Origin: Candidatus Woesearchaeota archaeon
Lineage (GTDB): Archaea > Nanobdellota > Nanobdellia > SCGC-AAA011-G17 > JAGVXY01
Assembly (NCBI GenBank): GCA_018303545.1
Contig: JAGVXY010000011.1
Coordinates: 1,466 to 65,465, forward strand
Length of the DNA: 64,000 nucleotides
Direction: 5' to 3'
The notes under the pieces were generated by a model. That model was not told where the DNA came from, ran no database searches, and saw only the letters and a program-made list of their open reading frames with translations. The translations under genes were made by a program, and so were the position numbers. Below are positions 47,733 through 56,816 of this stretch, one piece after another (position 1 is the first letter of the stretch; the number at the start of each line of letters is the position of its first letter).

Positions 47733-50666
47733 ATGAAAAAAAGAGCGCAGGTAACAATATATATTATCTTAGGCTTAGTTTTATTAGCAGTATTAGGTGC
47801 CTCAATTTTTATTCTTACAAGAATTGCAGAAACAAGGCAGGAAGCAGAACTAAGAGAGGTTATCACTGCTTCAGATAAAGAGGCCATTAACAATTACGTC
47901 CAAAACTGTTACATAAACATAACTTCTAAAGCCATAGAAAAAATTTATCTTCAAGGAGGCTATATTTCTCCAGATCAATCATATATTACTTCGTTTCATT
48001 CTTTAAATCTTACATGCCTTTACTGCTCAGATAAAAAGAATAGATTATTGACGATTCCCTTAATAGAGCAGCAGATAAATAATTTCATAAAAGACAATGG
48101 AGATTTCATTACCTGCTTGGATAATTTTAATGCTTTCAGAGAAACTAAAAATTGGAACATTACCGTTGAACCAATGAATGTAGATACAAAAATAACGGCA
48201 AAGAACATTCTTATCGTTCTTAATTATCCAATAACTTTACAAATAGGAGATAATAAAGACTCTATTACAGAATTTAAAACAGTTTTCCCTTATCGCTTAG
48301 GCGAAATCATAGATGCGGCAAGAGAACAATTGAACGTAATTCAGCAGGGCAAATATTACGATATTGGAAATTATATCAGAAGAAATTCAAACATCCTTAT
48401 TGAGGGCCAGTATTTTAACAAAGACTATGAGATGATGCAGTTCACAGCTTATAATCAGGAAGAACTGCCATTTACATTTGTTATTTACAATCCGATTCTA
48501 GACTGTATGTCTTTTAGCGAAAATCCATTTACAATAATTGACAACTGCAAGAAGAACTCTCAAAGTAATACTTGTTGCGTAAGCTCTCGCGGGCAGTGCT
48601 ATGAGAATCCAACGCACTGCGACACAGAAATAACTTCTCAAAGTTGCGAATCGATACCCTCGTGCCATATAGGCTGCTGCAATATGAATAATATTTTCGA
48701 TATATCCAATTTTAATGAATGCCAATCAGAAGCATTAAAGCTTAACATTCAAGCTGAATTTAGTTCTTTCGGAACTTCATTGTTAAGCTATGCCCCAGCA
48801 GAAAAAATATCTGGCTGTAGATTGAATTTAGATAATGAGGGCTGCTGCATCACAGACAGCATTTGCGAAAGGACTTCAGAAGAAGCATGTATAGCAAAAT
48901 CAGGTAATTTTAATCTAGGATTATGTTCTTCAATTTTAGAGTGCAATTGCGCAAAAACAAATAATCAGGGTTGCGGTCCAGACAACAATGTTTATTCTCT
49001 TGATGAATGCGGCAACTATGATGAAAAAATAAAAATTTGCGAAATGCCAAATTCAAAATGTAAAATTGAACTAGGTCAGGCGACTTGTGTTTACACTTCC
49101 TGTGACCTCCAAGTAAAAGATGATTATCAATTAGATAACATTTATCATTTGGAAAATGGCCAGAGTCTATGTGCTCAATATCTTGCACCAGGAGAGCAGC
49201 ACTATATTGCTATTTGTGAAAACGGAGAAATTAAATCAGAAGGTATGGGTTCGGATCGTGAAGGTATCTGTCAGGGCGGTGAAGGAAAAACTTTAAGGGT
49301 AGACAATCATTATGAAAATTGCATGTCTTGCGGTTCTCCTGCAAATGATGAAGATTGGCAGTTATTTATTCCTGAAAGAACGACAACTTCTATTTGTACT
49401 AGAAGTTCCTGTTTAGATGCAGGGGATTGTATCATAAATTCTTCATTTGATAATTATCTAATAGGTAATACAAAATGCTATCCTAAATATCCCCCAGGGA
49501 ATAATTTAGCCTGTTCTGAGTGTGGTTTTAATGCAGATGCAAACGCAGACATGTGTGAGAAAGATGAATGTATAAGGCAAGGTTGGTGCGAGGCAATTCC
49601 TTCTGAAACTCAGAATCTCGCCATCTTTGACAGAAAAACTCCAGGATTATGTTTAGCAACCTCAATGGCTTCAGTCGATTTTGGTTCATCCTTATTATCC
49701 CAGTATTGCACTTCTTCAATAAACGAATGGATGCTTTATGAATCAATAAGACATCCAACAGTTTTGCAAGGTTTTGATGAATTCAAAAATGAAATATTCA
49801 ATAAACTCTATCAATGCAACATCGCAGAAAATCCAACATTAAATCAATGTGATTTATGCGCCAATTCAGGGGATATCTTTAAAGATCGCAAATGTACATC
49901 TGAAAAATGTTCTTTTTTGGGCCAGGGTTGCCACTTTGAATTTAATTTAAGCTATGGAACTTGCACATTATTGCCTGAATTTAGCATAGACAAGACTGCC
50001 CCTGAAATAACAATCGCGAATCCTTTAGAAGAATCAGAAATAAATTGGAATGCAAAGACCTTTCAATTGAACCTCAACACAAATGAGCCCTCTCAGTGCA
50101 GATATTTAGAAAGCGGAGACGCAGAATGGCCAAACATGATTCCGATTCAAGGCAGTGAATTAAAAATAGTTCACGCTGCTGTTCCAACAATTCCAATGTA
50201 CTTTCCGACAGAAGACAAACAGTATATGTATTACTGGATAAGATGTCGTGATGCATCGGGAAATGAAAATCTAAAAACGTTGACCTTAGCCACAATACCC
50301 AAACAGGAAAGCGAAGAGCCAAATATTTTGTTTGTTAATCTTCAAGGAAAAATAATTACAAGTACAAGTTTTGTAAACTTATTAGTTGTTTCAGATACAG
50401 CAACAGACTGTAAATACCAAGAAGTTACTTCAGAAGTTTTTTCAGACAACTTTGAACCAATATTGGGCAAATATGATTATTCTACATTAAGCAACAGTAT
50501 GCAAAGCTGCACAACAAAAGCTGGAAGCTGGGAATGCTCCGAATTTATTCCTCCTCCGTCTTTAGGGCCCCATTATTTTATAGTGCAGTGCAAGAATGAT
50601 TATGGTTTATACAGCGAAAAAGTACCTGTTGTTTTCACGGTTGTTTCTGAAATACTAAAATCGTGA
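47733..50666 (+). CDS. Large Cys-rich surface protein with class III (prepilin-like) signal peptide and C-terminal Ig-like domains
   Basis: MKKRA/QVTIYIILG; GCC repeats; DKTAPEI, TNEPSQCRY, IRCRDASGN. Confidence 0.75.
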   Translation: MKKRAQVTIYIILGLVLLAVLGASIFILTRIAETRQEAELREVITASDKEAINNYVQNCYINITSKAIEKIYLQGGYISPDQSYITSFHSLNLTCLYCSDKKNRLLTIPLIEQQINNFIKDNGDFITCLDNFNAFRETKNWNITVEPMNVDTKITAKNILIVLNYPITLQIGDNKDSITEFKTVFPYRLGEIIDAAREQLNVIQQGKYYDIGNYIRRNSNILIEGQYFNKDYEMMQFTAYNQEELPFTFVIYNPILDCMSFSENPFTIIDNCKKNSQSNTCCVSSRGQCYENPTHCDTEITSQSCESIPSCHIGCCNMNNIFDISNFNECQSEALKLNIQAEFSSFGTSLLSYAPAEKISGCRLNLDNEGCCITDSICERTSEEACIAKSGNFNLGLCSSILECNCAKTNNQGCGPDNNVYSLDECGNYDEKIKICEMPNSKCKIELGQATCVYTSCDLQVKDDYQLDNIYHLENGQSLCAQYLAPGEQHYIAICENGEIKSEGMGSDREGICQGGEGKTLRVDNHYENCMSCGSPANDEDWQLFIPERTTTSICTRSSCLDAGDCIINSSFDNYLIGNTKCYPKYPPGNNLACSECGFNADANADMCEKDECIRQGWCEAIPSETQNLAIFDRKTPGLCLATSMASVDFGSSLLSQYCTSSINEWMLYESIRHPTVLQGFDEFKNEIFNKLYQCNIAENPTLNQCDLCANSGDIFKDRKCTSEKCSFLGQGCHFEFNLSYGTCTLLPEFSIDKTAPEITIANPLEESEINWNAKTFQLNLNTNEPSQCRYLESGDAEWPNMIPIQGSELKIVHAAVPTIPMYFPTEDKQYMYYWIRCRDASGNENLKTLTLATIPKQESEEPNILFVNLQGKIITSTSFVNLLVVSDTATDCKYQEVTSEVFSDNFEPILGKYDYSTLSNSMQSCTTKAGSWECSEFIPPPSLGPHYFIVQCKNDYGLYSEKVPVVFTVVSEILKS

Positions 50667-50731
50667 CTTTGACCGATAAAAGACAGATTCTATCAAAAAA
50701 GATATAAACAAGCTATGATAATAATGAACTA

Positions 50732-50798
50732 GAAATGTCAGGGGTATATCCCGTCAGAATAGGTCAATAGTTTGATTGACCCGACAGAAGGCATCTTC
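50732..50798 (+). ncRNA. Candidate structured non-coding RNA
   Basis: Nested stems GAAATGTC/GGCATCTTC, GGG/CCC, GTC/GAC, GGTCAAT/ATTGACC; TATA-like GATATAAA at 50701; T-run at about 50838. Confidence 0.35.
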
Positions 50799-50895
50799 AA
50801 AGAGGCCAAAAAATCAGAGCAGCCTTAATACAGGTAATTTTTTATTTTTATAAACAAAAAGGATTAAATATTAGTCAGTATGCCTTGAAAGAAAA

Positions 50896-52188
50896 ATGGC
50901 GCAACTTTGCTTTATCGGCGGTATGCAGTGGGGTTATGAATGCAAAGGTAAGATTATAGATTTTTTCTCAGGCAATTTCGATCTTGCTGCAAAATATGGC
51001 CATGGTCACGACTCAAGACACAACTGCCAGATCAATGGCAAGCATTACGTATACAGCATGCTTCCGCTTGCTACAGTCAGAGGCATTGAATCGCTTATAC
51101 TTCCAAGCTCTTTTGTTGAGCTAAATGTTCTCATCAATGAAGCAGGTTCAATGCCTGGAATCAAATTTACCGTTGATGAACGCTGCTGCGTCGTTATGGA
51201 TTATCACATACAGATTGACGCTGAAAGGCGTATGATCCATATGAAACCAAAATTCAACTCAAAAGATGATGGCATAGGCCCTGCATTCGAAAGTTTTCAG
51301 TCAGGAGATTATATTTCCGTTGGAGATTTGCTTAACAGAGAATCTTTGAAAATAAAATACGAAACCAACCTAGAGAAATATTGCCCGTACTTGGCGAGCA
51401 TGGGCAGTGGATTCTTCAGGGTAGCATCATTAAAAGAAAATATGAGAAAATCAATTGAAGAGTATCTCAAAAAAGGAGAAATTCTAAGGAAACATATAGG
51501 CACCACAAATGGTATTATTAAAAGAGCATTGCTTGAAGATAAAGATATTATTTTTGAAGGTTCATACGGTACACTTCTAGATCCATTGTTTGGTCTAAAT
51601 CCCGACAGGACGCATTCTTCAACTATGGCGGTCAAAGCCCTTGAATGTGCAGGTCTTCCTCCGCAAAAGATGCACAAGATTGGTGTGACAAAAGCCTACA
51701 TGTCTCGCAATGCCGTATCGCCATTCCCTACAAAGATTGACGACATAGAAATCTTAAAAAGAATAATTCAGCAGGGCGATGAGCAGAATTCGGATCCTTG
51801 GGTGCCAAAAGAGCGAGAGGTTGGATGGCTAGATTTTGTGCTGTTTAATTTTGCAGATTCTCTTAACCAATATGACGAAATCGCACTTACAAAGCTAGAT
51901 GCTTTAGCAGGATTAAATGAAATTAAAATCTGTATTGCTTACAGAGATGGCAATGGAAGATTCATCAACGAAATAGATTCGATGGGGCAGCTTATAGGTG
52001 CCGAACCAGTATACGAGACCTTTGAAGGTTTCCCCAAAATAGAAAACATTCATAGATTCAAAGATTTGCATCCAAATGCAAGAAAACTAGTTGATAGGAT
52101 AAGTGATCTGACTAATGATCGCTTAAGTCTTATTTCTATAGGTATCTTCTTAGGGTCAGCTTTCCCGGAAGTCTTTTTCATCACATAG
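50896..52188 (+). CDS. Adenylosuccinate synthetase (PurA)-like protein with degenerate active site; C-terminus runs into gatB antisense
   Basis: GMQWGYECKGK, GIGPAF, EGSYGTLLD, KAY.SR...PFPT, GWLD, TKLD, EPVYE.F.G. Confidence 0.8.
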   Translation: MAQLCFIGGMQWGYECKGKIIDFFSGNFDLAAKYGHGHDSRHNCQINGKHYVYSMLPLATVRGIESLILPSSFVELNVLINEAGSMPGIKFTVDERCCVVMDYHIQIDAERRMIHMKPKFNSKDDGIGPAFESFQSGDYISVGDLLNRESLKIKYETNLEKYCPYLASMGSGFFRVASLKENMRKSIEEYLKKGEILRKHIGTTNGIIKRALLEDKDIIFEGSYGTLLDPLFGLNPDRTHSSTMAVKALECAGLPPQKMHKIGVTKAYMSRNAVSPFPTKIDDIEILKRIIQQGDEQNSDPWVPKEREVGWLDFVLFNFADSLNQYDEIALTKLDALAGLNEIKICIAYRDGNGRFINEIDSMGQLIGAEPVYETFEGFPKIENIHRFKDLHPNARKLVDRISDLTNDRLSLISIGIFLGSAFPEVFFIT

Positions 52189-53477
52189 CCGACAACGAAA
52201 TTCAGCGCTTCGTGCCTTCCGTTCTTGTAATCCTCAACAGCTTTTGGATTGGAGCCAATAGCTTCTCTGGCAAACCTTTCTAATTCAGAACTATCAGATA
52301 CTGCTTCCAAACCTTTTTTCTTTACAAATTCTTCAGGTGAAACGTCCTTCTTAACAATTAAGAATAAAATATCCTTCGCAACTTTATCGGTAATCTTACC
52401 TGAGCAAAATAAATTCAATAATTTAATAATTTTTTTATGGTCAATCTCAGTCATTGTTTTATTATTTTCAGCCAAGGCACTCAGCAAGTCTCTTCTTATC
52501 CACTTGGCAGCAATCTTGCAATCAACTTCTTCAGCAACCATCTCGAAAAACTCAGCTAGATACTTTTCGGAAGCCAAAACTTCAGCATCTTCTTTATCTA
52601 AGTGATATTTTTTGACAAATCTTAAAATTTTTTCATCAGGCATCTCCGGTAATTTAATATTTTCATCAATATCATAAACACATAAGTCCGGATCAAATAT
52701 GTAACCATAATCCTCTTCTGTTTCTTTGCCCCTCGATAAAAAAGTTATCCCTTTTTCAGCATCCCATCCCCTCGTCTCTTGTTTCAGCTTCATTCCTTCA
52801 TTTAGCTCTTTCCTTTGTCTCAGTATTTCATATTCTATCGTTTTTTCAATTTCTTTGAAGCCAGTAACATTTTTGACTTCCGCTCTCACATAGCCGCTCT
52901 CTCTAACAGAAACATTGACATCTGCTTTAACAACCCCTCCAGAATATATTTCCAAATATCCCAAAAATGTTTTTAATTTTTTCATGAACTCCCTTGCTTG
53001 CGCAGCAGATTGTATCTCTGGTTCTGTGACTATTTCTAGCAGAGGTATTCCTGATCGATTATAATCTATCAAGGTAAACTCAGATTTTTGCAGGCCTTTT
53101 GGATGTACTAAAGCTCCAGGATCTTCTTCTAAGTGTATTCTGGTTATCGTAACGTCATTTTCTTTCAATTTAATTTTACCATTAAAACCAATAGGTACCT
53201 CATACTGCGTTATCTGATAATTTTTAGCCAAATCAGGATAAAAATAAGTTTTTCTTGAAAAAAATATTTTTTTGTTGAGTTTGCATCCCAAGACTTTTGC
53301 CATTTTGACAGCATATTCTAAAGCTTTTGAATTTAGCACAGGTTTAGCTCCAGGGTATCCTAAACAAACAGGGCAAGTTCTTGTATTGGGCTCATCATTT
53401 CCATTAACTGCACAGCCGCAGAATAATTTGCTTTTAGTATTTAGCTGAACGTGAATTTCAAGTCCTATCTTTATCAT
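52050..53477 (-). CDS. gatB: Asp/Glu-tRNA amidotransferase subunit B
   Basis: GLEIH, SKLFC, CPVC, RK.YFYPDL.KNYQITQ, HLEEDPG, DYNRSG.PL.EIVTEP, GKADP. Confidence 0.96.
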   Translation of the reverse strand: MIKIGLEIHVQLNTKSKLFCGCAVNGNDEPNTRTCPVCLGYPGAKPVLNSKALEYAVKMAKVLGCKLNKKIFFSRKTYFYPDLAKNYQITQYEVPIGFNGKIKLKENDVTITRIHLEEDPGALVHPKGLQKSEFTLIDYNRSGIPLLEIVTEPEIQSAAQAREFMKKLKTFLGYLEIYSGGVVKADVNVSVRESGYVRAEVKNVTGFKEIEKTIEYEILRQRKELNEGMKLKQETRGWDAEKGITFLSRGKETEEDYGYIFDPDLCVYDIDENIKLPEMPDEKILRFVKKYHLDKEDAEVLASEKYLAEFFEMVAEEVDCKIAAKWIRRDLLSALAENNKTMTEIDHKKIIKLLNLFCSGKITDKVAKDILFLIVKKDVSPEEFVKKKGLEAVSDSSELERFAREAIGSNPKAVEDYKNGRHEALNFVVGYVMKKTSGKADPKKIPIEIRLKRSLVRSLILSTSFLAFGCKSLNL

Positions 53478-54700
53478 TCTAATTCCCTCGCAATTCTAAA
53501 CAGATTTCTTTCATGGAAATGATCTGCAGTAAACATTACTCCTACAGGTAGGTCTCGAGTAAATCCCGCATTTACAGAAATATGGGGTAGCCCTGCTAAA
53601 TTTGGTCCTACAGTTAGAATGTCCATTGCGTAATTTTGCATGGGAGTAAGTTTTTCAATTTCAGAAATCTTAGGAGGTAGCACAGGCATTGTGGGGCATA
53701 ATATTATTTGATATTTTTTAAACACCTGCTTATATTCATTAATTAATAATTTTCTAACTTTCAAAGCCTTTATATAATACGCATCTCTATAACCAGCCAT
53801 TCTTATGAAAGTTCCCAGCATTAATCTTCTTTTAGTCTCTTTTCCAAAATTCATAGACCTTATTTTGGTAAAATATTCATTGAAATTTCCTTCTATCTTT
53901 TCCTGGGTCCCATATCTCAATCCGCAATACTTCGCCAAGTTAGTAGAGGTCTCAGCCATCGCAATAATATAATATACGGCCAGGGCATATTTTTTATTCA
54001 AGGGCAAATCAATATTTTCACAGACATACCCCTTAGATTTTAATTTCCTCACCGTCTCATCAATTTTAAGCTGCACATCGTTCTCAACACCCTCTAATCT
54101 CTTTAAAACCGCAATTCTAATTTTTTTATCTTCAAAATCATCAGCTGAAACAGACGTCGAATCATTCTCATCTTTTCCTTTTATTATGTGATATATCTTT
54201 TCAGTTTCTTCTATTGTCTTAGACATCACCCCAATTTTATCTAAAGAGTTTGCATAATCTATTAGACCATATCTTGATACTCTCCCGTATGTCGGACATA
54301 AGCCAATTACTCCGCAGAAAGCGGCGGGACAAACTATAGATCCGCCAGTAGATTCTGCCAAGGCAGGCATCGAATACTTTTGCACTACTGCCGCTGAACC
54401 ACCAGAGCTCCCCCCACAGGTTCTTTGCTTATCAAACGGATTCTTGGGTATTTCATAGCCCGTTCCCACATTCAAATTAAAGCTTCCATACCCAAACTCA
54501 TCTTGTATAGTCTTTCCAGCAATATCATAACCTTTTTCTTTTAATTTTTTTACAGCCGTTGCATCAAACACAGGCCTATATCCCTTAAGGATTGCAGAAC
54601 TGCAAGTCGTTTCCATATCCTTTACGCATATGCAATCCTTGATGGCAATAGGTTTTCCCTTCAGCTTTTTATTTTCAGCAGTAAAATATTCTTTGGTCAT
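53474..54700 (-). CDS. gatA: Asp/Glu-tRNA amidotransferase subunit A
   Basis: IAIKD, GGSSGGSA, ESTGGSI, PTYGRVSRYGL, FG.E.KRR.MLGT. Confidence 0.95.
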   Translation of the reverse strand: MTKEYFTAENKKLKGKPIAIKDCICVKDMETTCSSAILKGYRPVFDATAVKKLKEKGYDIAGKTIQDEFGYGSFNLNVGTGYEIPKNPFDKQRTCGGSSGGSAAVVQKYSMPALAESTGGSIVCPAAFCGVIGLCPTYGRVSRYGLIDYANSLDKIGVMSKTIEETEKIYHIIKGKDENDSTSVSADDFEDKKIRIAVLKRLEGVENDVQLKIDETVRKLKSKGYVCENIDLPLNKKYALAVYYIIAMAETSTNLAKYCGLRYGTQEKIEGNFNEYFTKIRSMNFGKETKRRLMLGTFIRMAGYRDAYYIKALKVRKLLINEYKQVFKKYQIILCPTMPVLPPKISEIEKLTPMQNYAMDILTVGPNLAGLPHISVNAGFTRDLPVGVMFTADHFHERNLFRIARELE

Positions 54701-54975
54701 ATTACTCTCGGCCCCTTAATATATCCATCTTTGTTATTTTTAGAATTTTTCAAAACATCCTCTTGACTCAAAGAGCTTTCAATCTTATCTTCTCTCAACC
54801 TATTCCTTATTTCTACGGGATGGAATGCCATCTCAACATTCTCAGTTTTTACATTTGAAATCTTATCAAATAATTCTAAAATCTCATCAAATTCATTTGA
54901 AAATAAGTTAATCTCATTTTCAGTAAGTTTTAATCTAGCAATCTTTGCAACTTTTATTACAATCTCTTTATCCAT
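54697..54975 (-). CDS. gatC: Asp/Glu-tRNA amidotransferase subunit C
   Basis: VAKIARL.L, LRED, GYIKGPRV; gatCAB order. Confidence 0.93.
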   Translation of the reverse strand: MDKEIVIKVAKIARLKLTENEINLFSNEFDEILELFDKISNVKTENVEMAFHPVEIRNRLREDKIESSLSQEDVLKNSKNNKDGYIKGPRVI

Positions 54976-55021
54976 TAAGAAAACTAAAAGATATAAAGAA
55001 TTTATATAGATTATTGTTTAT

Positions 55022-55834
55022 TCAATTGAAAATCTCTTCGTAACCTTTAAATTCCAATTTAATATATTCATTACTGGCATTTTCACAAGTTTTTTTTATA
55101 CAATCTAGTTCGTTTCTACCGATATAATTTTCACCAACGAGTATAAATCTTATCTCATCAGTACTAAAATTTAATTTTACATAATCCCTTTTAACAATTA
55201 ATTTTCTGCCCAATTCAGTAGGATAATATTCCATAACTCCAAATGGGCTGGCAATCTTACACTTAAATATTCCGTCAGGGTGTACATTTAAAAAATTATA
55301 AAGAAAACCCAGCATTGCAGTGAGATCTGATCTCGAGGGAAATGCAATTCCCATCTGCCATATTTTTTTTGCATTATTACCAAAAAATTTTTCTCCAAAA
55401 CTCATCAATGAATTCATCAATGCAGGGTCATCAGGATGAAAATGATACATAAAAATTTGGTCATTTTCATTTATTATTTTTTTGTAAAGTTCAAGATTAG
55501 TGCTCATTCCACGCACATTTACATAATTCATGTGTTCCACACCCGTTTCGATCCATAAGTTTTTCTTAGGCAAAAAGGCAAATGCTTCTTCATCAAATCC
55601 CTTATTAAAAAATGCGCAGGATTCTTTGTTTACCAACGCACTTAAATCTATAATGCCTTTACGTTCATCTTGTTTAACTATATAATAACAGCAATCATCT
55701 AAATTGACTCTTAACTGATGGGTGTATTTTGGAACTTCCTTCACCGAAAAATAAATTTCATCTTTAAGTTTTATATTTACACAGGAAAACATAGAAGCAA
55801 CTATTGCCAATAATGCAATGTTTTTTAATTTCAT
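55022..55834 (-). CDS. Putative lipoprotein with JAB/MPN+ metalloprotease-like motif
   Basis: Lipobox-like MFSC; EEAF...YHFHP...PSRSD. Confidence 0.55.
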   Translation of the reverse strand: MKLKNIALLAIVASMFSCVNIKLKDEIYFSVKEVPKYTHQLRVNLDDCCYYIVKQDERKGIIDLSALVNKESCAFFNKGFDEEAFAFLPKKNLWIETGVEHMNYVNVRGMSTNLELYKKIINENDQIFMYHFHPDDPALMNSLMSFGEKFFGNNAKKIWQMGIAFPSRSDLTAMLGFLYNFLNVHPDGIFKCKIASPFGVMEYYPTELGRKLIVKRDYVKLNFSTDEIRFILVGENYIGRNELDCIKKTCENASNEYIKLEFKGYEEIFN

Positions 55835-56721
55835 AATCCTAATTCTTCGTACGTTTTAAAGCTAAATTGTACATATTCATCACTTGCAATTTCACATGCA
55901 GCCTTTAATGCCCTTTCAGAATTTCCAAAATATTGTGAAAAATCAAAATTTTTAAGATTCCAGATATTTGGCAAGAACTGATTCAAATCCCCTTCTAATT
56001 TCATTCCCTTAAGCTTACATTCAAAGACACCATAAACATTGCATATTTTCTGTGTCAAATTTCCTTCAGGCCACATCTCTCTAAATATTGATGCTCTATT
56101 CAACATAGACGCTATTACTTGCCCATTAGGAAGATTGTATCTCATTTCCCATTCAAACTTAATTTTCTCAAGATTTCCTTCGGGATCAAGCCCAATTCCA
56201 ATAGCTTGATTCAAAGAAGGTCTTGGATCAGGTAAAAAACTATACACATTAGCTTCAGAATTAACAGTAAGCAAACTTTCAAGTCGGTCTGAATTTATTA
56301 GTTCTGTTCCTGTTATGTTTGGAGGAGCACCAAAAATCATATCTCTCATATTAAACCATAAGTCATAAGTCTTTTCCATACCACCTGTTTCAACCCACAA
56401 ATTCTGCGATGAAATGTAAACCCAAGACTCAAGATTCAATGATTTTCTAGCAAGTTCTCTAATATCTGCTATTCCTTCAAGTTCATTTTTATTGACAACA
56501 GCATAATATTTTGGTTTATAGTCCTCAGATTCGTAACATACCTCTAATTTTTCAAATTTTTTCGGCTGTAATCCAATTTCAGATACAAAAACAATAGTTT
56601 TTTCTAGGCCTGGGGCATTAGGTTTGAAAAAATTAAAATTAAAATTACCCACCTGAGTAATAAATAAAATCCACCCTGTAAGCCCACTAAGAACTATTAA
56701 TTTTTCATTCCAATTCATCAT
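55831..56721 (-). CDS. Membrane-anchored paralog of the adjacent JAB-like protein, metal ligands lost
   Basis: Shares LW(I/V)ETG, P(D/E)G....KI....GV.E and CE.AS.EY....FK.YEE; YSFLP/PNGQV replace HxH/SxxD. Confidence 0.55.
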   Translation of the reverse strand: MMNWNEKLIVLSGLTGWILFITQVGNFNFNFFKPNAPGLEKTIVFVSEIGLQPKKFEKLEVCYESEDYKPKYYAVVNKNELEGIADIRELARKSLNLESWVYISSQNLWVETGGMEKTYDLWFNMRDMIFGAPPNITGTELINSDRLESLLTVNSEANVYSFLPDPRPSLNQAIGIGLDPEGNLEKIKFEWEMRYNLPNGQVIASMLNRASIFREMWPEGNLTQKICNVYGVFECKLKGMKLEGDLNQFLPNIWNLKNFDFSQYFGNSERALKAACEIASDEYVQFSFKTYEELGL

Positions 56722-56816
56722 AAATATGCTTAAATATAGCTAATTAATAAAGCTTATGTTTGTTTTAGAACTTGGAATAGAAATTTATTTAAGCCCGATT
56801 CATTTTAAGAAAAGAA

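Noticed and set aside
50732-50798. RNase P RNA, SRP RNA or hammerhead identity for the structured element
   Set aside because: ACAGAA resembles RNase P CR-V, but GAGGAAAGUCC, the SRP helix-8 motif and the CUGAUGA core are absent.
50896-52188. PurZ (2-aminoadenine DNA pathway)
   Set aside because: The Asp13 position is Tyr rather than the Ser of PurZ, the aspartate-binding loop is lost, and no dATPase, MazZ or phage context is present.
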